Assembly (NCBI RefSeq): GCF_018350175.1
Contig: NC_058368.1
Location: 35,776,001-35,840,000, forward strand
DNA from: Felis catus
Taxonomy: Eukaryota
Length of the DNA stretch: 64,000 nucleotides
Direction of reading: 5' to 3'
Shown: positions 51,948 through 64,000 of the stretch, piece after piece
Position numbering within the stretch: the stretch's first letter is position 1
Layout: every line of letters starts with the position of its first letter
Position numbers and translations under genes: made by a program
The notes under the pieces: model-generated
Databases searched by the model: none
Seen by the model: the letters and a program-made list of their open reading frames with translations, nothing else
What the model was told of the DNA's origin: nothing

Positions 51948-53521
51948 TTTCTCCATCCTTTAAATAGACAAGCCACCTCAGATTCTTTTAAAACGAGATG
52001 GATCATAAAATATTGACTGAATCAAATGGCTTTCCTCAATGGTAGCCACAGATAACTAGTGAAAGAATCTGTTCTACAAATTATACACAACAGAAATCAC
52101 CTTCCTAATTTTTTCCATCCGTGGGCAATAAAACATGATGACTGTGCTACTTTAATAGTTATAGAAGTTAGAAATTTGGCTATACAAGTTTAAAAGCAGT
52201 GTAGTATCCCGCACTACTGTTGTTGTGATGAATGTATGCCCCAGAGCAGAGAAGCTATTCTAGAGTTTCAACTTTTATTTACCAAGGCATGTACTCTATA
52301 ACACAGAGAGGAGAGAGCAATATCAAGCAATGTCGTGTTTTTATTTGTTAAAAGTGTTCTGCTGCTAAAGTATGAGAAGTGAAAATGTGGCTAAACTTTG
52401 AAATGTAATATATATCTGGAAAATAAAATAATTTGCAGCATAGTTAAGTTTTGCTCAAGTCTGGAGAGATAACATGAAAAACTCTCAGACTAGCAATTTG
52501 CTGACTAGAAAATCACTGTATTTTCAATCAGCCTAATATGGCAGTTGTTTTTCATAGGCAAAGAAAAGCTAAGAAAAACTTACAGTCTGTGGATATTCGG
52601 CATAGCTTGGCAAAATTTAGCCGCTAGTTTCTTCTTATCCTTGTTATACGTTTTCCATATGGGACTTATTATTATCAACAAGAAGAAATAATAGAGGCAA
52701 ACAGAAGCAAGAGGAAAGGTCCAGACTGGCATGCATTAACTGCTTGTCAACTATGGTTTTCCTAATGAATTGCCCTGTTGCTCTGTATCTCACTGATTAT
52801 AGTACAACAGCTTTCATTAGTCACTGCAAATAAGACTCAGTGCCACCTTATTTACATTCTATTGCAAATAATTAGCATCTCATATTAGAATCATCCAAGG
52901 CACTTCTGAACTTACAGCAAGACTATTTGACATCATCCAATACTTGATTCCATCCTGAACAAGCTTGAAAACAGATTCTGTGTTTTTAGTTACAACAGTG
53001 TCACCAATGAATTCTACCATAGCTTAAATTCCTGCCAATACTGTAGCTGGGGATATCAAAACGCTGCAGTAATTAGACCTTGCAAGCCTGACTTCCCTAG
53101 TGGTAGAACTGTCACAGAATGGGAGGAAATGATATTCAAAGTTTATAATAACTCAAACCTTTACAATTATTGCTAGAACACGAATGCTACCATTTTGAAA
53201 GGCAAAAAGCAATTTAAGAAAAAGCTTTATTACAAAGGTAAAAGATGGAAAAAAAATAGCATCATATGCTTTGCTGACCGATGCCTTTCTCTGCTAAAAG
53301 TTTATAATTACTTATTAAAACTCAAATCTGATTATTAACTTGGTGAGAAAGTATTTCTTTTGAAAACATAGCTGCCACATTTAACAGACTGTAAAGCCTA
53401 TTCTATTACGCAAATTAGAACTTTAGAGTATTCTAGAATTAAATATATAGATTTGCATATATTATTATTTACATAACCAAATTTACAAAGCCAGTTATTT
53501 CCATCCCTATATAAATAACGT

Positions 53522-53654
53522 GGAGGTGTCCGGGAGGCTCATTCAGTTAAGTGTCTGACTCTATCTCAGTTCAGGTCTTGATCTCAGAGTTCTGAGTTTG
53601 AGCCCCACAATGGGCTCTGTGCTGGCCGTGAAGCCTACCCAAAAAAAAAAAAAA
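53522..53654 (+). mobile_element. Short carnivore SINE
   Basis: gggaggctcattcagttaagtgtctgact...gagtttgagcccca...poly(A). Confidence 0.85.
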
Positions 53655-53899
53655 TGTGTGTGTATACGGGGGTGGGAGTATGGACCTACACATGCAGACA
53701 CATAAGTAATTCTTTATATAAAACTGATGTTTTCTCCAGCACACACATATAACAAGACAGGAATCAATGAATCAAATAATTCTGAATTTGTTTGATGATG
53801 GTGTTCCCAGAAAAAACAAGTTAATCTGAAAATAATGGCTCAGGATAGGATAACTATCAGCCCCCTAGGCAATAGAAGCTTCCATATGTCTGCTCTTAC

Positions 53900-54090
53900 T
53901 TCCCTGACCTTTCCATCACTGGGCTCTGTGCCATGTAGATAGATCCTGATACATCCTTCAGGACCTTTTGATAGTTGACACTCCCTGTCCAGTTAACCAA
54001 CTCAGCAATCCCCAACTCTTTACATATAACTTCTGTTTCCATGTAGTCAGTGAACCAGCGTGAATCTCCAGATGGCTGATCTTTCACTCA
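53900..54090 (-). mobile_element. CR1/L3-like RT fragment (tentative)
   Basis: Minus-strand RWFTDYMETEVI...NW..SV resembles the WL.DR.Q.V.I...W..V.SG region of CR1 RT. Confidence 0.35.
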
Positions 54091-54859
54091 CAAGAGAGGT
54101 GATCTATAGGACTTTTCCTGTCTCAGTATTTCAGTTGTCAACTAGTAGTTAACTATTCTCATTAGATATTTGAGAAAAACAGGCAAGTAGATATTGAAAT
54201 GAAATATAACAACAACAATAATAATCAGCCTTAGGTACAAAGAAGTAAATACAAACATATGAAAAATAATAGCATGTAAAGATTGTTGGCTAAGGGCTCT
54301 CAGAAAATGCAGGAGAGAGTAAAAGTCAGTAATCAATGATGAGAATAAAATATACTCAGTTGATAAAGGCCTTTTATGCAAGTTATTTTTTGTATAAAAA
54401 GATCAAAGACCTTTTCTTTTACATTAAATGTTTTATTCCTTACTATGTCTCTTAGTGGACGGAGACAGTGAATTAGTTCTATCTGAAGAAATCTCTTCAA
54501 AAACAAAGCCAACTTCTGGGATTTTGTACAAGGTCAGTATGACCTGAAGGAACAAAGGGGTGTTTATTCTCCCCTAGCAACAGCTAGGTGGTCAAATCCA
54601 GGCTACAGTTTCTTAGGGGTATAGGTTGTTGTTAGGAAACTGGGATGATAATTAGGTCCTATATCCATGAGGTCACATAGAGCATAGTAAACAATTATTT
54701 GAAATCCAGGGAAAAGGACTATTAGAACTTGTCTGGGGCTGAAACACAGTTGGCCTCCTTCCCAAACGTCTGCCTGAAATGAACCGAGGAATTTGGAAAC
54801 TCTCATAGGAGTCCTTGTCCTCATCCATCCATCTTAAATAAAGAATATGGACAAATGCA

Positions 54860-55085
54860 TGGGTTTGAATCCCACTATGCCATATTCACTAGCTATTTAA
54901 CCTTGGGCTAGTTATTTAACCTTTCTGTACCTACAGTTTCTTACTTATATATAAATATAATAAAAATACCTACATATATATAAAATACATATGCCTTATG
55001 GGATTTTTGTGATGACGGAATGAGTTACTACATATAAGCGCAAAACACTACCTAAATATGATAGGAGCTACATAAATGCTGGCTG
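54860..55085 (+). mobile_element. MIR SINE
   Basis: gggtttgaatcccac...ccttgggctagttatttaacctttctgtacctacagtttc. Confidence 0.8.
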
Positions 55086-55663
55086 TTTCTTCTGTTAGGA
55101 AGATGATGTAGAGGAAATAAATCATTATAAATGTAGGAACTTATTAAAAGGAATTTGTCTAGTTGTTATTAAAGGGATCTGGCTACCCTTACACACCCAG
55201 CCTACCACCTCATACACAATTTGACATGCAGCCCTAATGCTTGCATTTCGGTCTCTAAGCACTTCTCCATTAAGAAAAGTGTCTGTGGAGGGTAACTGAT
55301 TCCAAGTCCTACAGCAGAGGGAAAAGCAAAAAACAAGAAAAAAACATAGTCAAAAGAAGCCTGGGACATCTTGTTGCCAAAATGTAATGACACATTAAAA
55401 ACGCCTGGGATGGTGTTATAAGGACAAAGAAACTTGAAGAAAGTTCTTACTGGATAAGTCAGACAACTGAGGAATGAGAAAAAGAGAAATTTGTCCTTTG
55501 AGTTGAGATATATTCTCCTAGTTTCTTGTTTGTTGCTGCATGTTGTAATATCTGTTAAGGGTAGACCCCCACCAGTCACTCTTTTTTTTTTTCTTTTCTT
55601 TTTACTTTTCTGAGTTTTTGCTTGTTTTTCCATTTGAATTTTTAAAATAGCCTATCTACTTTT

Positions 55664-55664
<1 letters not shown>

Positions 55665-55719
<55 letters not shown>

Positions 55720-55898
55720 TTTTTTCGAGAGAGAAAGAGAACAAGAATGGGGAAGGGCAGAGGGGCAGTGAGAGAGAATATTAAGCAGGGTCCATCCTCA
55801 GCTTGGAGCCTGACATGGGGCTCGATCCCAGCACCCAGGTATCGTGACCTGAGGGAAAATAGTCAAACCTTTAACTTACTGAGTCACCCAGGAGCCCC
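55665..55898 (-). mobile_element. Carnivore SINE with (TTTA)n tail
   Basis: Perfect 17-bp TSD tagcctatctactttta. Confidence 0.95.
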
Positions 55899-55929
55899 TA
55901 GCCTATCTACTTTTAGGTAAAATTCTGTA

Positions 55930-56195
55930 GATAATTTTATTGTAAATGACTTAATGTTGACTGATAACTTTATGGATCAATACATAAAGAATTCCTGGAA
56001 ACAATTAAGAAAAAGACCAAATAACACAAACATAGAAAAAGAATGTAAAGAGACATAAGATAGATAAAAAAGAAAAGATAGAAAGGATACTGATAACATT
56101 AGTTGACTCTGAAAACAGAATAACGGACAGGGGTGGGATCAAATTTTTGTAAATTTTAAATTATGAATCATAAAAATATATTACCTGTTAAAAGT
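55930..56195 (+). mobile_element. Old L1M 3' fragment
   Basis: aatacataaagaattcctg...aagaaaaagac...atatattacct. Confidence 0.45.
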
Positions 56196-57044
56196 AACTT
56201 ATAAAATGAATATAATCATGGCTTACTGGAACCAAGTGAAATATATATAAAACTAGTTAATTATGGCATAAATGCCATTTTTTTAAAAAAAGTTAAATTA
56301 ATATATAAGATATGAATATAAAAAAAGGTGAATAGAAGAATGTTCGATTTTTTACTACTACCTAGCGATGTATTGATCCTTAAGGGGAAAAAAACAATAC
56401 ACTATGTAGATTATTTTTCTCTATCTGTATAAGCAAAAAAGTGCACACCTGGAGAATAAATAAGGAACATAGTTTCAGAAAGATACGATATATTGTAAGA
56501 AGTAGGAAGAGTACCAAGAAGGGATGTAAGAGGTGGAATAAACCAATTTCTTGAGGGGAGAGTTGACTATGCGCCCTAAACTTTTCCTGCCCCCAGCTAC
56601 ACTGAGTTGAAATCTCTGAATGACTTCACTTATTACACAATATTCAGAAGGCATAGTAATACACACAGGTCAACAGCGTGTGACTGAAATGTTCACGTAG
56701 TGAAGAAAAGAAGCATCAAGTTTCCTGGCAAGGTGCGGACTTTAAAAGTTCCGCCAATGCAGAATGGGAAGCTTGACTGTGGCCGGTGAATCAACTCAAT
56801 AAACATGGCCCAGGGCAGGCTTATCTTCGAAGGAACAAGATTCTATGTAAAAATCAGTCAGACAAGTACTTGGAACAGCTGGTCTGAGATCATAGTATCT
56901 TTTTGTCTGGTAAGATCACAGTAATGCTGAACAGGTAGAGAAATAAGTGTTGGAACTCTAATATAAGCCAGAAAAACTCTAATATAGAAGCAATCAGTAG
57001 TTAAATAGAGATTAGAAAGGAATTATTGAGTAATGCACACTATG

Positions 57045-57333
57045 ATGGTTCCTGGCAGTTTTCTCTGGGTATGTGCACACATGTGTGTGTGAGGAGGGAC
57101 AAAGAACAGTGGACCATAAAACGGTAGCATGAGATCTTTGTAGTGATGGGATCTATGTCCTGATTGTGGTAGTAGTTACGCAAATTTACACATGACCAAA
57201 TTGCACATTTATACACACACACAACACGCACACATAAATGAATGTACGAAAACTGGTGAAATCTGAATAAGGTCTGTGTAATGTACCCATGTCAACTTTA
57301 CCGATTTCTTGGATATGTGCTAAAGTTATACAC
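57045..57333 (+). mobile_element. L1MD-like 3' UTR, left part (resumes at 60085-60190)
   Basis: aaaactggtgaaatctgaataaggtctgtg; continuation attaccattggggg...ctgggtgaagggt after the younger L1. Confidence 0.75.
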
Positions 57334-57335
57334 TA

Positions 57336-60077
57336 CTGAAGAAATTAAAGAACAAATTAAAAAAAATACATAGAAGCAAATGAAAATGAAAACACAACAG
57401 TCCAAAACCTTTGGATGCAGCAAAGGGAGTCCTAAGAGGGAAGTATACTGCATTAAGGCTCATCTCAAGAAGCAAGAAAGGTCCCAAATACACAACTTAA
57501 CCCTACACCTAAAGGAGCTAAAAACAGCAAAAAGCCTAAAGCCAGCAGCAGGAGAGAAATAATAAAGATTAGAGCATAAATAAATGGTATAGGAACAAAA
57601 AATCCCAGTAGAACAGATCGATAAAACTAAGAGCTGGTTCTCTGAAAGAATTAACAAACTGATAAACCCCTATCCAGACACATTGAAAAGAGAAGAGAAG
57701 GGACCCAAAGAGATAAAATCACGAATGAAAGAGGAGAGAGCATAACCAACACCACAGAAATAAAAAAAATTATAAGAGAATACTATGAAAAACTATATGC
57801 CAACAAACTGGGCAATCTGGAAGACATGGACAAGCATCCATTCTTGATAAAAACCCTCAACAAATTAGGGATAGACGAAACATACCTCAACATCATAAAG
57901 GTCATATACAAATGACCCACAGCTAATATCATCTTCAATGGGGAAAAACTGAGAGCCTTTTCCTTATAGTCAGAAACAAGACAGGCATGTCTATACTCAT
58001 TATCACTATTTAACATAGTTCAGGAAGTCTTAGCCTCAGCAATCAAACAACAAAAAGAATAAAAAGCATCCAAATCGACAAGGAAGAAGTCCAACTTTCA
58101 CTCTTTGCAGATGACAGGGTACTCTATATGGAAAACTCAAAAGACTCCACCAAAAAAAATGCTAGAACCAATACATGACTTCAGCAAAGTCACAGGATAT
58201 AAAATCAACATACAGAAATCTGTTGCATTTCTATACACCAATAATGAAGCAGCAGAAAAAGAAATCAAGGAATTGATTTGCAACTGCACCAGAAACAATA
58301 AGATACATAGGAATAAACCTAACTAAGGAGGTAAAAGAAGTATACTCTCAAAACCATAAAATACTTATGAAAGAAATTGAGGAGGACACACACACACACA
58401 AAATGGAAAAGCATTCCATGCTCATGGATTGGAAGAATAAACACTGTTAAAATGTCTATACTATCCAAAGCAATCTATGTATTTAATGCAATCCCTATCA
58501 AAATACCACCAGCATTTTCACAGAGCTAGAACAAACAATCACAAAACTTGTATGGAACCACAAAAGACCCTGAATAGCCAAAGCAATCCTGAAAAATAAA
58601 AATAAAACTGGAGGCATCATGATTTCAAATTTCAAGCTATCTTATAAAGCTATAGTGATATAAACAATATGGTAGTAGAACAAAAACAGCCACATAGATC
58701 AATGGAACAGAATAGAAAACCCAGAAATGGACCCCCAATTATATGGCCAACTCATCTCTGACAAAGCAGGAAAGAATATCCAGTGGAAAAAAGGCAGTCT
58801 CTTAAACAAATGGTGTTGGGAAAACTGGACGGTGACAAGCAGAAGAATGAAACTGGACCATTTTCTTACACCATACACAAAAACAAATTAAAAATGGATA
58901 AAGACCTAAATGTGAGACAGGAAACCATCAAAATCCTAGAGGAGAACACAGGTAGCAACCTCTTTGATCTCAGCTAGAGCAACTGCTTACTAGACAGGTG
59001 GCTGAAGGCAAGGGAAACAAAAGCAAACATGAACTACTGGGACTTCATCAAGATAAAAAGCTCTGTCCAGTCAAGGAAGCAATCAATAAAACTAAAAGGC
59101 AGCCTACAGAATGGAAGAAGATATTTGCAAATGAAAGAACTTATCAAACTCAACACCCAAAAAACAAATAACCCAGTGAAGAAATGGACAGAAGACATGA
59201 ATAGACACTTTTCCAAAGAAGACATTCAGATGGTCAACAGACACATGAAAACATGCTCAACATCATTCATCATCAGGGAAATACAAATCAAAACCCCAAT
59301 GAGATACCACCTCACACCTGTCGGAATGGCTACAATTAACAACACAGGAAACAACAGATATTGGTGAGGATACAGAGAAAGGGGAACCGTTTTGCACTGT
59401 TGGTAGGCATGCAAACTGGTGCAGCCACTCTGGAAAACAACATGGAGGTTCCTCAAGAAACTAAAAATAGACATACCCTACAATCTAGCAATTGGACTAT
59501 GAGGTATTTACCCAAAGGATACAACAATACAGATTTGAAGTTGCACATGTACCACAATATTTATAACAGCATTATCAATAATAGCCAAACTATGGAGAGA
59601 GCCCAAATGTCCACTGACTGATGAATGGATAAAGAAGATGCAGTATTTACATATAATGGAATATTATTCAGCAATCAAAAAGAATGAAATCTTGCCATTT
59701 GCAATGATGTGGATGGAGATATAATGCACCATGCTAAGCAAGATAAGTCAATCAGATAAAGACAAATATATGATTTCACTCATATATGGAATTGAAGAAA
59801 CAAGACGGATGAACATATGGAAGAAGTGGAAGAGAAGAGAGGGCAACAAACCACAAGAGACTCTTAAAGAACAAACTATGGGTTGATGGAGGGAGGTAGG
59901 TATGAGATGGGTTAGATGGGTGATGGGTACTAAGGAGGGCACTTGTGATGAGCACTGGGTGTTATAGAAGTGATGAATCACTGAATTCTACTTTTGAAAC
60001 CAGTATTGCAGTGTATATTAACAAAAAATTAAATTTAAAAAAGGCGAAAAATAAAAATAAAAAGCTGGTAAAAAAGC
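57336..60077 (+). mobile_element. 5'-truncated carnivore LINE-1 (ORF2 with stops and internal deletions, 3' UTR, A-rich tail)
   Basis: ORF2 motifs FADD (ctctttgcagatgac), [18 protein letters not shown]; degenerate TSD aaa(g/a)ttataca. Confidence 0.95.
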
Positions 60078-60234
60078 AAAATTATACAAAACATTACCAT
60101 TGGGGGGTCACTGGGTGAAGGGTCCATGGATTCCCTCTATACTATTGAAGCAACTTCTTGTGGATATAATTATTTCCAAAACTTCTTAAAAATGAGAGGA
60201 AAATTTAGCTGGGCTCTTAAGAAGCAGTTGAAAG

Positions 60235-60400
60235 GGACCAGCCCATGGGGCACACAGAACTGCAGACAAATTTTATGTGGTCAGAGTGCTTTAAAAAAGA
60301 GCTAAAATTTAGTACAATGTGGCTGAACTGAGCGACAGCACCCTCTTCAGACTGGGCACAGTCTCCAATTCCCCTCAGCTCCTGCTTAGCCGTCCATTTC
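60235..60400. mobile_element. hAT-Charlie-like DNA transposon fragment
   Basis: cagcccatgggg...tgcagacaaattttatgtggtc...gtctccaattcccctcag. Confidence 0.3.
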
Positions 60401-60588
60401 CAGTCTCTAGTGGTATTTTTGTTTTTATCCCTATTCTAGTAGTAGGACAATTTTACATCCTCATGTTTCATAAATCTAGAAGTGCTTGAAAAAATTAGAA
60501 AGGGAAAACATTGCATTTGACTACATAAGGGGCAAATAAAACAAAAATAAATATGATTAACTGGGAGAATTAAAACCCTTGAAGTTAT

Positions 60589-60737
60589 TTTTTTTAATAT
60601 ATGAAATTTATTGTCAAATTGGTTTCCATACAACATCCAGTGCTCATCCCAAAAGATGCCCTCTTCAATACCCATCACCCACCCTCTCCTCCCTCCCACC
60701 CCCCATCAGCCTTCAGTTTGTTCTCAGTTTTTAAGAG
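60589..60737 (-). mobile_element. Felid L1 3' end (short, 5'-truncated)
   Basis: aaatttattgtcaaattggtttccatacaacatccagtgctcatccca; TSD tgaagttatt. Confidence 0.92.
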
Positions 60738-60747
60738 TGAAGTTATT

Positions 60748-60962
60748 ATTTTTTTATTTTTTTTTAACATTTATTTATTTTTGAGACAGAGACAGAGCAT
60801 GAACAGGGGAGGGTCAGAGAGAGGGAGACACAGAATCTGAAACAGGCTCCAGGCTCTGAGCTGTCAGCACAGAGCCCGACGCGGGGCTCGAACTCACGGA
60901 CCGCAAAATCATGACCTAAGCCTAAGTCGGCTGCTTAACCGACTGAGCCACCCAGGCACCCC
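60748..60962 (-). mobile_element. SINEC_Fc-like SINE
   Basis: TSD aagagtgaagttatt at 60733 and 60963. Confidence 0.95.
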
Positions 60963-61140
60963 AAGAGTGAAGTTATTTTTAATAAAAGAAAAATTGGGGG
61001 CAGAAATGCAGGAAGGCAAAATCGGTTTGTTTTGTTACACTTGTTACACGTAGCAACTCCAGTGAAGTATTAAAAGATATCAAAAGGAGAGAAAATAGTC
61101 TTAGTTAAAGGTAAAATGAAGTTGGTATGAAAAGTTTACT

Positions 61141-61396
61141 ACAGATACCATATGTTTTCATTCATATGTGGATCTTGAGAAACTTGAGAACAGAAAACCA
61201 TGGGGGGGGGAAGGGGCAAAAAGAGTTACAGAGAGGGAGGGAAGCAAACCATAAGAAAGTCATAAATACTGAGAACAAACTGAGGGTTGATGGGGGGTAG
61301 GGGAGAGGGGAAAGTGGGTGATGGGCATTGAGGAGGGCACCTGTTGGGATGAGCACTGGGTGGTGTATGGAAACCAATTTGATAATAAATTATATT

Positions 61397-61449
<53 letters not shown>

Positions 61450-61451
61450 AA
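61141..61451 (+). mobile_element. Felid L1 3' end with (TAAA)n tail
   Basis: acagataccatatgttttca...gatgagcactgggtggtgtatggaaaccaatttga. Confidence 0.92.
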
Positions 61452-61479
61452 TTAAACCTGACCTCTAGGATTCCTCCTC

Positions 61480-61650
61480 ATACTAGAGGTTACATTGGCA
61501 AGTCACATAATCACTTTGAGCCTTACTTCTGCCATCTATACAGCAGAGATATGAACGCTTACTTTACAGGGATGTAGCGATGGTTAAATGGGATGCATAT
61601 GTAAAACAGCACAGTTCTTGGCACCTGGTAGCCACTAGATAAAAATCAGA
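61480..61650 (+). mobile_element. MIR SINE
   Basis: ttggcaagtcacataatcactttgagcc...atgtaaaacagcacag. Confidence 0.6.
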
Positions 61651-61759
61651 TCATGCTATTACTGTCAGCATAAAACTAAGCTCCTTTTCTCCTTATCTTA
61701 CCTACAAAAAGACCCCTGCCCTCAGTCCCAGCCTTCCTCTCTGACTCCTCCATTCATTC

Positions 61760-62112
61760 ATCCTCAAAGCTCAATGATCACCTTTTCATCAACACCACTC
61801 TTGTTGATTCCTCTAACAAGCCCAGATCTTTCTCCTGCCTCTGTGCATTCAGTATTTCTCCTTCCTGGTGCTTTGATTAGCTGTCACCTTCTGGGGCCTC
61901 CATTCACACTATAGCCCAAATGTCACCTAAGAAAGGCTTCAGCTGATTATTTCATGTATTTTCTTCACAGCACTTACAATAAGCTGATATTTCTTGCGGT
62001 AGCAAGACGAGGGTGGAACTTGTAAGGTCCATAAGAACAGGAATAGTAGAACTCCAGCATCTAGAAGAGACAATTCTGGGAGCTACACAATGAACATCTA
62101 CTGAGTGAATGT
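61760..62112 (+). mobile_element. L2 3' fragment
   Basis: ctttctcctgcctctgtgcatt...ttcttcacagcacttac...ccagcatctagaa. Confidence 0.6.
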
Positions 62113-62156
62113 CTCAGAATTAACCTACAAAACACTGGTGAAGAAACAGTAGATTT

Positions 62157-62362
62157 GGGGCACCTGGATGGCTCAGTCGGTTGGGCATCCGACTTCAGCT
62201 CAGGTCATGATCTTGAGTTCGAGACCCGCGTCGGGCTGTGTGCTGAAAGCTCAGAGCCTGGAGCCTGCTTCGGATTCTGTGTCTCCCTCTCTCTCTGCCC
62301 CTCCCCCGCTCAAGCTCTGTCTCTGTCTCTCTCAAAAATAAACATTAAAAAAAATTTTTTTT
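62157..62362 (+). mobile_element. SINEC_Fc-like SINE
   Basis: TSD tgaagaaacag(tag)attt. Confidence 0.95.
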
Positions 62363-63430
62363 GAAGAAACAGATTTGATGTCCCACAACAAATCATATTT
62401 GAGCTTAAATGTTTAACTGATTAATGTCTCATAAAGTGAAAAAGAAAATCCAATCATATAATTATATTAAGAAAGAATATTCAGAATACCAAGACAAGCA
62501 AAGCACAACAAAAAAGAACGCCATTTTGATAAATATTAAGCAATCTAATTAGACAGCCGCCATACCTATTTCTGTATGACATTTTTGACCTGCAAATTGT
62601 GCCTTCACACAGTGGAGGCAGCTCTGTAATTACACCGATCACAACAGTTAAAAAGCTTAGTAAGAGAATGAGCCAGTAAATCAAGGTAAAAGACATAATT
62701 GCCATAATTGCCATATTCGAAGACCATTCAAGGCTGCTTGTTATCTACAGTCCAATATAGTTATATAGCTTTCTATATAGTTATATATGTAAAAACAGCA
62801 AGAAGAACCAAAAAGTCAGGTTGTTTAGCTTTTTCCAGCTGAAATGAAAATTTTTGTAAGCTAAATTTAGGAAGATTTCTAGCCTAGTTTCTGCTGGTTT
62901 CACTTTAATTTAAAGATTTTTAACATCTAGATGGTCTTTACTGATCATCTGTCAGAATCCTGGTGAAAATATTTAAAAGTCCGTTATTACAAAAACTTAT
63001 TTGCTGTGCTAGACTACACTGAATCTTTGTAGGATATTAGATTAATTTAGAACAACAGCATAAAGTTCTTGATATTGCCAAAGTGTGTTAATCTCCAACC
63101 TTGACCTTCACTGTTCTGCAAAACCTGATTTGTCAAGTTTTCATATCTGTACAGAATACTATTAAAACACCTTTCTAAAGAGGTCCTTTTCTGAAAAATA
63201 TAGTTTGCTGTTTCATTTCTCCAAAATTTAGTTCACATATTTTGTTTAAAGTCTTTTTAGTCTGTCCATATTTTTTTCATTAGTATAATCTAAGTATTGA
63301 TTTGCAATACCATTTGCCGTAAGCTGGTATTAACAGAGTTGGTTGTTTATGATCTAATATATTTAACTGTCTGTCCTATTTACATTTCAGTCTATAAATT
63401 CCTCAGGCTGAAACTTAATTTCTGTTCTTT

Positions 63431-63665
63431 TTTTTTTTAATTTTTTTTAAATTTTTTTTTAGCGTTTATTTATTTCTGAGACAGAGAGACAGACAGGGCA
63501 CGAGCAGGGGAGGGGCAGAGAGAGAGGGAGACACAGAATCTGAAACAGGCTCCAGGCTCCGAGCTGTTGGCACGGAGCCCGACGCGGGGCTCGAACTCAC
63601 GGACCGCGAGATCATGACCTGAGCCAAAGTCAGACGCTTAACCGACTGAGCCACCCAGGGGCCCC
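63431..63665 (-). mobile_element. SINEC_Fc-like SINE
   Basis: CpG-rich antisense SINE; TSD tctgttcttt. Confidence 0.95.
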
Positions 63666-63708
63666 TCTGTTCTTTCTTAATAGGAGACTGTGGCATTTGC
63701 ATTATTTT

Positions 63709-63767
63709 CCTCCTCTTCCTCTTCCTCCTCCTGCTCCTCCTCCTCCTCCTCCTCCTCCTCTTCTTCT
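63709..63767. repeat. (CCT)n/(CTT)n trinucleotide tract
   Basis: Direct reading. Confidence 0.9.
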
Positions 63768-64000
63768 GTAACAGAGGCTATCTTTCAGTTTTGGCTTTAG
63801 TTTCTTAATAAGTAAAGTGAAAGAATTACAATATGACAGCATTTTCTCAGTTTCAGGTGCCTATCTACCAAGGCTGGCATTCTATATTCTTTTGTAAATG
63901 GAATGCAGTAGATCAGAGCAGATTGGATTAGCAAATCAACTACATCACATAAAGGTAAAAACTGTGAAATTTTTGTCTTCAGATTTTTTGGTAGGTGTGT

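Noticed and set aside
55202..55633. 143-aa ORF with a basic N-terminus
   Set aside because: The Lys/Arg run comes from a T-rich low-complexity tract; no homology recognised.
57380..59981. ORFs with recognisable protein motifs
   Set aside because: Frameshifted LINE-1 ORF2 fragments with stops; not a functional CDS.
1..64000. tRNA genes, CRISPR arrays, prokaryotic-type systems, endogenous viral ORFs
   Set aside because: A/B boxes all belong to SINE heads; no regularly spaced repeat-spacer array, operon or viral gene recognised.

Overview
Mammalian, almost certainly felid (cat-family), genomic DNA. It is AT-rich, has no CpG island and carries about 23 carnivore tRNA-derived SINEs, two of the young Felis-type SINEC_Fc form. 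It also holds felid/carnivore and older LINE-1 fragments, many L2/MIR/CR1 relics, DNA-transposon fossils (MER33 x2, MER47/Tigger, MER53, MARNA-like), two solo LTRs and a decayed RPL31 processed pseudogene (46.8-47.2 kb). I recognise no bona fide protein-coding exon; the ORF track is explained by repeats or chance. Most L1s, both LTRs and the retrocopy lie on +, which suggests a large intron of a gene transcribed on the minus strand (inference). The most interesting signal is at 45.25-45.58 kb: a SINE whose target-site duplication also encloses a ~75 bp MER5A fragment that stops where the MER5A TTTT (Pol III terminator) should lie, i.e. an apparent SINE-mediated 3' transduction. Other points are re-used insertion sites with triplicated target sites, an RFX X-box with downstream minus-strand exon-like segments, a CCAAT/GC-box cluster with a palindrome, and a possibly colinear ancient CR1 relic. 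Repeat family names are from recalled consensus sequences, and boundaries of old repeats are approximate. I see no evidence of a new multi-gene system.
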